Source of the DNA: Patescibacteria group bacterium | GTDB taxonomy: Bacteria > Patescibacteriota > WWE3 > 0-14-0-20-40-13 | NCBI GenBank assembly: GCA_018896215.1 | Contig: JAHINB010000013.1 | Location: forward strand, 17,946-81,945 | DNA length: 64,000 nucleotides | Reading direction: 5' to 3' | Part shown: positions 56,698 to 64,000 of the stretch, piece by piece | Layout of the letters: each line of letters starts with the position of its first letter | Numbering within the stretch: position 1 is the first letter of the stretch | Translations under genes and position numbers: made by a program | Notes under the pieces: model-generated | What the model saw: the letters and a program-made list of their open reading frames with translations, nothing else | Told to the model about the DNA's origin: nothing | The model's database searches: none

Positions 56698-57540
56698 TTA
56701 ATAAATCCCAAGTTCTATTGCAGTTTTAATTTGGGGAATGTCGGTGGGGATTTTAATGTGAGAAAGACTATTACCTTTAAAGCTTTGGATAATTTTTACC
56801 CCGGCGCAATCAATTGCCACCCTTCCAGTTGATGCCAAAAGCAAATTTGGTTCCCTTATTTCCCCCTCTGTAGGTCCTCGGGTGATAAAACATTTTCGAG
56901 CGTCCATAATTACCAAGTCTGGCTTGATAACAGTATTGATTAAAGCGACTTTTTCTTGCAAGTTTTTAAGATGCATTCTAATGCGCTCTATTGGTTTAAC
57001 AAAACCAACTGTTAGCTTTAACGCCCCAGTGTACTGCGCCTGTTTGTGAGTTTTTAAACAGGGAACATAAATTATCTTATCGGCTTTAGTTACAATTTCT
57101 GGAATAGAAACGCTTTTTAGAATTGGGGAGGAGATTGCGGATTTAACCCATCTCCCTTCCTCAAAAACATACATTCTTGGAGGAGTATCCGAATTTAATA
57201 ACTCGAATACCCCCTTCTTTTCCATAATCTTTCGCGTGTTTAAAGTAACTGTAGAGGAATCGCCAATGGCAACAAGTTTTGCCCCATGCTGATACAATAG
57301 TTCGGTAAGACATTTTAAAAATTCCACATCGGAGGAGGCGGGAAAGGGGTCAGCGGTATTAAAATTGGGTTTAACAAAGACTACATCTCCTGTGCTGATA
57401 AATCTCTTAAACCCACCAAGCTCTTCAACCAAGTTGTGGATGGATTCTTTTAAATTAGCTTTGGGAGTGATTTTTACAACTTTTATCAACAGACAATCAA
57501 TGAATCGGTCTAACCTGCATGACACTCGCGGAAACAGCAT
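56698..57540 (-). CDS. DUF362-family protein
   Basis: DVVFVKPNFNTADPFP ... TVGFVKP pattern of DUF362. Low-GC host-like composition. The exact start is uncertain (non-ATG start in the ORF track). Confidence 0.45.
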   Translation of the reverse strand: MLFPRVSCRLDRFIDCLLIKVVKITPKANLKESIHNLVEELGGFKRFISTGDVVFVKPNFNTADPFPASSDVEFLKCLTELLYQHGAKLVAIGDSSTVTLNTRKIMEKKGVFELLNSDTPPRMYVFEEGRWVKSAISSPILKSVSIPEIVTKADKIIYVPCLKTHKQAQYTGALKLTVGFVKPIERIRMHLKNLQEKVALINTVIKPDLVIMDARKCFITRGPTEGEIREPNLLLASTGRVAIDCAGVKIIQSFKGNSLSHIKIPTDIPQIKTAIELGIY

Positions 57541-57745
57541 CCTGCGTACTTAACCATTGGGATTTAATACCAACTACCCAAGCTAAAAGGGCAAAAAACA
57601 AAAAAAGCAAGCTTGTGACCAGAATTAATGGCACTAACTTACGACTGTTAAACGGCACCATACTTTTAGCCTCGCGACTTGCAACAGCACGCCTTTTTAC
57701 CGTTGCCCGTTTGGTTTTTTTAGTTTTCATATATTTTGGGGGCAA
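57497..57745 (-). CDS. hypothetical small basic membrane protein
   Basis: 82 aa with a K/R-rich N-terminus then one TM helix. It overlaps the DUF362 ORF 5' end, so one of the two starts is likely shorter. Confidence 0.25.
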   Translation of the reverse strand: MPPKYMKTKKTKRATVKRRAVASREAKSMVPFNSRKLVPLILVTSLLFLFFALLAWVVGIKSQWLSTQDAVSASVMQVRPIH

Positions 57746-57953
57746 AAATACTGATAATTACTAATGGGTAGATATTCCCACTGGAGTATTTATGCTGTCA
57801 AGCACTTCTTTTTTAGTTGGTAAATTTATCCTCCGTCGCCTACGGCTATAGTTGTTGATTACTAACATTATTCTAATTCCCTTTGAAGTCAACGGCAAAT
57901 TCAGAAATTAATCGCATTCTTGGGTAAATATATAAATAATGGGAGTTGTGTCA

Positions 57954-58421
57954 TTACCATTTAAAATGTGCAAAGGCTTTGTTGGCTTCTGCCATTCTGA
58001 TAGTATCTTCTTTCTTTTTAAAGGCGGCGCCTTCTTTTTTAAAAGCCAACTGAATTTCATCGAGCAATCTTTGAGCCATAGGCTTGCCTTTTTTATTACG
58101 AGAAATCTCCACCAACCATCTAATTGCCAACGCCTCGGATCTGTCGTGGCGCAAAGGAGCTGGAACCTGATAAGTTGCTCCTCCAACCCTACGACTTCTG
58201 ACTTCTTGAGCAGGCATTAAATTTTTGATCGCCTCTTCAAATTTTGCCAGCGCCTCCTTTTTGTCTTCAGACAAGCCTGCGATTGCGATGTAAGCAATTT
58301 CTTGGGCAAGGCTTTTTTTACCCCCTAACATCATCCGAGTGATAAGTCTTGTGACTACCTTGGATTTATAAACGGTGTCTGTTTCTAAAATCTTTTTTAT
58401 TGGTTTAGACGATCTTGACAT
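57954..58421 (-). CDS. rpsG: 30S ribosomal protein S7
   Basis: MSRSSKPIKKILETDTVYKSKVVTRLI. Confidence 0.9.
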   Translation of the reverse strand: MSRSSKPIKKILETDTVYKSKVVTRLITRMMLGGKKSLAQEIAYIAIAGLSEDKKEALAKFEEAIKNLMPAQEVRSRRVGGATYQVPAPLRHDRSEALAIRWLVEISRNKKGKPMAQRLLDEIQLAFKKEGAAFKKKEDTIRMAEANKAFAHFKW

Positions 58422-58423
58422 GA

Positions 58424-58849
58424 TTAAACTTTCTTAACTCCCGCATCTTTTTTGGTTCCGTAATGACTTCGAGAAGTCTTGCGACCAGAAACTCCTGCTA
58501 AATCAAATTTGCCTCTAACAATTGTGTACTTTACACCCGGCAAATCCTTAACCCTACCACCACGAACCAATACTACGGAATGTTCTTGAAGCGCGTGACC
58601 TTCCCCCGGAATGTAGGCAGTTACCTCCTCACCATTAGATAAACGCACTCTGGCAACTTTGCGCAGTGCCGAGTTCGGTTTTTTAGGAGTCATTGTCTTA
58701 ACAATAAGACATACCCCTCGTTTAAAGGGACTGGCTATTTTTTTCTTTTTGCGATGCAAAGATGAATAAATAACCTTCAACGCTGGTGTTGCCTTTCGAA
58801 CCTTAATGTTTTTTCTTCTTTTTTTGACTAACTGGTTTATTGTCGGCAT
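58424..58849 (-). CDS. rpsL: 30S ribosomal protein S12
   Basis: [13 protein letters not shown] ... [28 protein letters not shown]. Confidence 0.9.
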   Translation of the reverse strand: MPTINQLVKKRRKNIKVRKATPALKVIYSSLHRKKKKIASPFKRGVCLIVKTMTPKKPNSALRKVARVRLSNGEEVTAYIPGEGHALQEHSVVLVRGGRVKDLPGVKYTIVRGKFDLAGVSGRKTSRSHYGTKKDAGVKKV

Positions 58850-58868
58850 AATCGTATATTATAACTCA

Positions 58869-61800
58869 TTATTCCAGTCGTGCACGCTCTCCCACTGGAA
58901 TTAATCTACCGATTATTACATTTTCTTTGAGACCGAGCAACTTATCAACCGCGCCAACCGAAGCGGCATCGGTTAGTACTCTACTAGTGTTCATAAAGCT
59001 CGCAGCCGCCAAAAAGCTATCGGTCTCCAGTGACGATCTTGTAATACCAAGCAATATTAAATGCCCCTCTGCCATTTCCCCACCCTCTGCTGCAACTTTA
59101 GAATTTTCTTCTTCAAACCTATCTTTGGTAATAACTTCACCCTGCAAAAAAATTGTGTCGCCAACTTTATCCACCTCTACCTTATTAAACATCTGCCTTA
59201 CAATTACCTCTAAATGCTTATCGTTTAGCTTAACACCTTGCGATGTATAAACTTTTTGCAAGTCTTTTACAATATAATTTTGCGTTTGCATTACCCCAAC
59301 AGCGTTTAGAAGCTCCCCCAAATCTAAACTCCCTAGTGTTAAGGGCTGTCCTGCCGTGACTAAATCGCCTTTTGCCACAATAATTTCCGAAACGGGATCT
59401 ACATTGTAGCAAACTTCGGAAATATCAACATTCTTTGTCGTCACCTTTACTGTAAGAGTCCTTTTTCCATTCTTATCCTCCTCTAGCGATACCCGACCAG
59501 AAATTTCGCTCATGATAGAAAGTGATTTGGGCAAACGAGCCTCTAAAATTTCTTCTACTCGGGGAAGCCCTTGTGTAATATCCTTTCCTGCAACACCACC
59601 TGTATGGAATGTTCTCATAGTAAGCTGGGTTCCCGGCTCGCCAATAGACTGCGCCGCCAAAATTCCAACAGGAACGCCTATCTTTACCACCGCCAAATTA
59701 GTTAAATCCTCTCCATAGCACTTTTGACAAATCCCATGACTGTACTCACAAGTTAAGGGAGAGTAAATTCTAATGTTGTCAATCTCCAGCAAATCTATTT
59801 GCTTGGCGATACTTGCCGTTATAAGCTCTCCTTTTTTAATGAGCGTTTTTCCTTTATGCTTAACAGTCTTGGCAACAAACCGACCCTTTAATTTATCTGC
59901 CATGGAGGCGAGTGGCACGCAATCGGCTCGCGAAATTTCTCTGTACTTTTCGGTTCCGCAAAATTCGGTTCTTATAATTACATCTTGCGCCACATCGACA
60001 AGTCGGCGAGTAAGATACCCCGCATCGGCGGTCCTTAATGATTTATCGGTAATTCCCTTGCGAGAACCTCGGGATCCCGCAAAATATTCAAACCCCGAAA
60101 GACCTTCTTTGTAATTTCCTTTAATTGGCATTTCAATAATTCGTCCCGTAGGATCAGCGATAAGCCCTCTCATTCCAGCAATCTGTCTAATTTGCACTCG
60201 TGAGGCTTTTCCAGCACCGCCCGATTTAAGCATATATTTAACCACATTCTTATCGTCCAACATTTTCCAGGTAGCATCGTCAATTTTTTCGGTAGTCTCT
60301 TGCCAAAGAGCTTGTAGCAAACTCTTTTGTTCTTGTCTTGTAATAAGACCTCTTTTGTAGTTCAAGTCAATTTCCTCCGCTTTCTTATTAGCAACATTAA
60401 GCATTAAATCCTTATCTGGAGAGGCTTTAAAATCAAACAGCGAAACTGACAAACCCGACTTTGTAGCGTATTCGTATCCTAAATTCTTGACCGCATCAAT
60501 AAATTCCACAGTAATCCTAGAATCTTCAGATTTTAATACTTTATCAAATAAGTCGCTTAGCGAAAGCGTGTCTTCCGAGGCGCTTTTTCCAACGCTACTA
60601 TTAATATATCCCAAAGATTGAGGAATCTGCTCGTTAAAAATTACCCTTCCCGCAGTGGTTTCTAGAGTCTTCCCATTTATGTAAACATTTATGAGTTGTT
60701 TAAGAGTTATTTTTTTATTATCCAAAGCCAGCAACACCTCATCTACACTCCCGAATGTTCCAGAGTGTTTTTTAGCCTCGGTATCTATTGTTGTTAGGTA
60801 ATAGACACCTAAAATCATATCTTTTGCTGGCATGGCAATAAATTGACCATTAGAAGGTTTGAGCAAGTTTTTATCTGCCAACATTAAATCTTTTGCCTCA
60901 TCAATAGCTTCTTTAGATAACGGCAAATGCACAGCCATCTGATCCCCGTCAAAATCGGCATTGTAACCATCACAAACGCAAGGGTGAATTTGAATCGCGT
61001 TGCCATCAATTAGCTTGGGATAAAAGGCTTGAATTCCCAATCGATGCAGTGTTGGAGCGCGATTTAAAAGTACGGGTCTTGTTTTGGCAAGGGACTCTAC
61101 AATATCCCAAACCTCGCCACCTCTTTCTTCTAAAATATATTTGGCGCTCTTTACATTGGGAGCAAGCCCGCGAAGCAAAATTTCGCGAAGAACTAAAGGC
61201 TTTAAAAGCTCAATTGCCATTTCTCTTGGAATACCGCATTCGGTTAGGGCAAGTTCGGGACCCACAACTATAACCGATCTTCCCGAATAATCTACCCTCT
61301 TTCCCAGTAAATTCTGCCTAAATCTTCCCTGCTTTCCCTTTAACATATCAGAGATTGAACGCAAGGGTTTTCGGGTAGTCCTTAGAACCCTAGATGTGGA
61401 TCTTTGCTTGGAAGAATCAATCAAAGCGTCCACCGCCTCTTGCAACATTCTTTTCTCGTTGCGGACTATAATTTCTGGCGCCCCCAAATTTAGTAACCTT
61501 TTCAGTCTACTATTACGGTTGATAATTCTTCGATAAAGATCATTGAGATCGCTTGTGGCGAACCTACCACCCTCCAGCTGAACCATAGGACGCAAATCTG
61601 GGGGGATAACAGGTAAATGTTGTAACACAACCCAAGTTGGGCTAATACCAGCGTGTCTAAAACCCTCCAACACCTTTAATCTTTTGGTGAGTTTAAGTTG
61701 CGCTTGACCCTTTGTCCGTGTAATTTTGGCTTTAAGCTTTTTAATATCCTCCACCAAATCTATTGCATCCAAAATATTTTTTATTGCTTCGGCCCCAATT

Positions 61801-62579
61801 TCTACAGTACAAAACTGATCCATGTAGTATGCCATATCTAAATATTCCATGTCGGTTAATACCGTAAATCGCTTGATGGAGGAGAGTTTTTTATCTAAAA
61901 TCGAAAACTTATCTTTTACTTCGTCTTGACGAGCAACAACTTTCTCGCGAATTTGGGCTACCTTTTGATTAGCTTTTAAGGTAATCGCCTCAATTAAAAG
62001 CGCTTTTTTCTGTTTATCTTTCTCTTTAACTTCTTTTGCCACCTCTGCTTTAAGCAATGCAATTTGGGCCTCGGAATCTTCTAAAACCTTGCTCTTTTCT
62101 AGCTCTAAATCTTTGCTAAGAGTAGAAATTATGGACATCTTTTTATCGCTGTCTAATGAAATTACAATGTATGACGAAAAGTAAATTACCGCTTCTAAAC
62201 TTCTAGGCGAAATATCTAAAAGCAATGCCAGTTTTGAAGGTATCCCTTTAAAAAACCAAACGTGGGCAACGGGAGAGGCAAGGGTTATATGCCCCATCCG
62301 TTCTCTTCTAACTCGGGAATGAGTTACCTCCACGCCACATTTGTCGCAAATTACCCCCTTGTAGCGAATTCTTTTATATTTTCCGCAATAGCATTCATAA
62401 TCTTTTGTCGGTCCAAATATTTTCTCGTCAAAAAGACCGCCCTTTTCGGCTTTAAAAGTTCGGTAATTTATTGTTTCAGGCTTTGTAATCTCACCAAAAG
62501 ACCAGTTCTGAATATCATCGGGCGAAGCAACCGATATTTTTAGGGAATGAAAATCTTTTAGTCTAGATAATTTATTCAT
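58869..62579 (-). CDS. rpoC: DNA-directed RNA polymerase subunit beta'
   Basis: 1236 aa with zinc-binding CxxC motifs, NADFDGD catalytic loop, bridge helix and trigger loop. Confidence 0.95.
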   Translation of the reverse strand: MNKLSRLKDFHSLKISVASPDDIQNWSFGEITKPETINYRTFKAEKGGLFDEKIFGPTKDYECYCGKYKRIRYKGVICDKCGVEVTHSRVRRERMGHITLASPVAHVWFFKGIPSKLALLLDISPRSLEAVIYFSSYIVISLDSDKKMSIISTLSKDLELEKSKVLEDSEAQIALLKAEVAKEVKEKDKQKKALLIEAITLKANQKVAQIREKVVARQDEVKDKFSILDKKLSSIKRFTVLTDMEYLDMAYYMDQFCTVEIGAEAIKNILDAIDLVEDIKKLKAKITRTKGQAQLKLTKRLKVLEGFRHAGISPTWVVLQHLPVIPPDLRPMVQLEGGRFATSDLNDLYRRIINRNSRLKRLLNLGAPEIIVRNEKRMLQEAVDALIDSSKQRSTSRVLRTTRKPLRSISDMLKGKQGRFRQNLLGKRVDYSGRSVIVVGPELALTECGIPREMAIELLKPLVLREILLRGLAPNVKSAKYILEERGGEVWDIVESLAKTRPVLLNRAPTLHRLGIQAFYPKLIDGNAIQIHPCVCDGYNADFDGDQMAVHLPLSKEAIDEAKDLMLADKNLLKPSNGQFIAMPAKDMILGVYYLTTIDTEAKKHSGTFGSVDEVLLALDNKKITLKQLINVYINGKTLETTAGRVIFNEQIPQSLGYINSSVGKSASEDTLSLSDLFDKVLKSEDSRITVEFIDAVKNLGYEYATKSGLSVSLFDFKASPDKDLMLNVANKKAEEIDLNYKRGLITRQEQKSLLQALWQETTEKIDDATWKMLDDKNVVKYMLKSGGAGKASRVQIRQIAGMRGLIADPTGRIIEMPIKGNYKEGLSGFEYFAGSRGSRKGITDKSLRTADAGYLTRRLVDVAQDVIIRTEFCGTEKYREISRADCVPLASMADKLKGRFVAKTVKHKGKTLIKKGELITASIAKQIDLLEIDNIRIYSPLTCEYSHGICQKCYGEDLTNLAVVKIGVPVGILAAQSIGEPGTQLTMRTFHTGGVAGKDITQGLPRVEEILEARLPKSLSIMSEISGRVSLEEDKNGKRTLTVKVTTKNVDISEVCYNVDPVSEIIVAKGDLVTAGQPLTLGSLDLGELLNAVGVMQTQNYIVKDLQKVYTSQGVKLNDKHLEVIVRQMFNKVEVDKVGDTIFLQGEVITKDRFEEENSKVAAEGGEMAEGHLILLGITRSSLETDSFLAAASFMNTSRVLTDAASVGAVDKLLGLKENVIIGRLIPVGERARLE

Positions 62580-64000
62580 GAGATTTGTCTTCTAAAACTA
62601 CTTCTAATTCCACAACTTTTGGTTTTTTGCCGCTTTTTTCGGATTCTACAACAGCCTCTCCCGGAACAATGCCCGCAAGTTCTACTTCTTCTACTTCCTC
62701 TTGGCTTTCTCCAACTGTTTCAATATTTAGACATAACCCATTAAGCTCACGAACTAAAAGTTTAAACGATTCGGGAATTGCCGCTGGTGGGATTTTTTCT
62801 CCTTGTAACATCGCCCTATAAGCAAGTGTTCTTCCTAACATATCGTCCGATTTGATGGTGAGCATTTCCTGAAGAACATGCGCTGCGCTGTAGGCTTCGA
62901 GAGCCCAAACTTCCATTTCTCCGAACCTTTGACCTCCAAATTGAGCCTTTCCACCCAATGGTTGCTGGGTAATTAAAGAATAAGGACCTGTGCTCCTGGC
63001 ATGCATTTTGTCTTCCGCAAGGTGATGAAGTTTTAGAACATATAAACTACCAACTACAATACGAGTGTCAAAAGGCTCGCCTGTGCGACCGTCGTAGAGT
63101 ACAGTTTTTCCATCGGTGGGAAGATTGGCATCTTTTAAAGCTTTAATTAGATAACTTTCGTTAAATTTACTAAACACGGGAACTTTATAGTAATTACCAG
63201 TCTTTTGAGAAACCCACCCCAAATGGGTCTCTGGAAGCTGGCCAATATTCATTCTTCCAAGAAGAGATGCTGGGTGTAAAATGATGTCTGCAGCAACCCC
63301 TTCTTGAGTAAAAGGCATATCTTCTTCTCGGGCGATTAGAGCAATAACCCCTTTTTGACCCTGCCTTCCAGTAAGTTTATCCCCCACCACAATTTTTCTT
63401 CTTTGGGCAACAAAAACCCTAATCTCGCGAACAACTCCAGTGGGCAACTCGTCGCCTCTTTCTTTGCTTAACTCGGTTACACTAATGACTGTTCCGTATT
63501 CGCCGTGAGGCAAAACCAAGGAATTATCTTTAACATCGCGAGATTTTTCTCCAAAAATCGCCCGCAATAGCCTTTCTTCGGCAGAAAGTTCGGTCTCCCC
63601 TTTGGGAGCAATTTTTCCAACTAAAATATCGCCCGACTTAACCTCGGAACCAACCGCAACAATACCATTTTCATCCAAATTCCTAAGCGCCTCCTCCGAA
63701 ACATTGGGAATATCGCGGGTAATTTCTTCGGGACCAAGTTTAGTTTCCAAAACTTGCACCGAGTGATCTTTAATGTGAATAGAGGTTAAAATGTCATCTT
63801 TTACCAAACGATCCGAAATAATTATGGCGTCCTCGTAGTTGTACCCATGCCAAATCATAAAAGCAACTGTAAGATTTGCCCCAATTGCCATTTCTCCATT
63901 ACTAACCGCTGGACCCTCGGCAAGAATAGCACCTTGTTTAACTTTTTGACCTGTAACTACATTAACCTTTTGGTTGTAGCAGGTATCCATATTAGATTGC
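62572..64000 (-). CDS. rpoB: DNA-directed RNA polymerase subunit beta, C-terminal part (5' end beyond window)
   Basis: Conserved beta C-terminal blocks ([27 protein letters not shown]-like). The frame is open to the window edge. 8-nt overlap with rpoC. Confidence 0.9.
   Translation of the reverse strand, partial: QSNMDTCYNQKVNVVTGQKVKQGAILAEGPAVSNGEMAIGANLTVAFMIWHGYNYEDAIIISDRLVKDDILTSIHIKDHSVQVLETKLGPEEITRDIPNVSEEALRNLDENGIVAVGSEVKSGDILVGKIAPKGETELSAEERLLRAIFGEKSRDVKDNSLVLPHGEYGTVISVTELSKERGDELPTGVVREIRVFVAQRRKIVVGDKLTGRQGQKGVIALIAREEDMPFTQEGVAADIILHPASLLGRMNIGQLPETHLGWVSQKTGNYYKVPVFSKFNESYLIKALKDANLPTDGKTVLYDGRTGEPFDTRIVVGSLYVLKLHHLAEDKMHARSTGPYSLITQQPLGGKAQFGGQRFGEMEVWALEAYSAAHVLQEMLTIKSDDMLGRTLAYRAMLQGEKIPPAAIPESFKLLVRELNGLCLNIETVGESQEEVEEVELAGIVPGEAVVESEKSGKKPKVVELEVVLEDKSHE

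Overview
This window is low-G+C and reads like a small-genome, CPR-like bacterium. That is an inference from three things: no rpmD/L30 between rpsE and rplO, a shortened L3, and most genes lacking a Shine-Dalgarno. Layout by region: (i) 1-2.6 kb holds a coiled-coil M23 peptidase (running off the window start), ftsX and ftsE on the minus strand. (ii) 3-11.2 kb holds prfB, a HIT-like protein, and a minus-strand SUF cluster (ArsR-type regulator, sufC, sufB, short sufD, sufS, sufU, ferredoxin, FNR-like reductase) with ybaK on the opposite strand. (iii) 11.3-21.3 kb is an accessory stretch bounded by tRNA-Pro(GGG) and tRNA-Glu(CTC). It contains a GIY-YIG ORF inserted next to tRNA-Pro (with a duplicated tRNA 5' half), NYN, VanW, PNPOx-like, HhH-GPD glycosylase, Fic, AlkD-like and AAA+ genes, plus several families of short palindromic and phased repeats. 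(iv) 21.6-29.6 kb holds greA, lysS, serS, uppP, secA and an L,D-transpeptidase. (v) 29.6-64 kb is one long minus-strand ribosomal superoperon: rpoB (partial), rpoC, rpsL, rpsG, [insert], fusA, tuf, then the S10, spc and alpha operons, then rplM and rpsI. Its intercistronic spacers carry a dispersed family of structured about 60-100 bp repeats, including a perfect 3x27-bp tandem. The most striking feature is that the str operon is split between rpsG and fusA by about 8 kb. About 6.8 kb of that (49.9-56.7 kb) is visibly G+C-rich and sits on the opposite strand. It is a tightly coupled six-gene operon, every gene carrying a strong Shine-Dalgarno. Its products are all membrane-anchored: a hypothetical protein, a small two-helix protein, a polytopic lipoprotein, an FtsK/VirD4/VirB4-like ATPase, an SLT+M23 bifunctional cell-wall hydrolase and a Pro/Thr-rich surface protein. 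It looks like a horizontally acquired, conjugation/T4SS-like envelope machine. A second, smaller GC-rich insertion lies between adk and a ybaB-like gene, at 35.17-35.88 kb. It carries a small Shine-Dalgarno-equipped gene broken at a C10 homopolymer.
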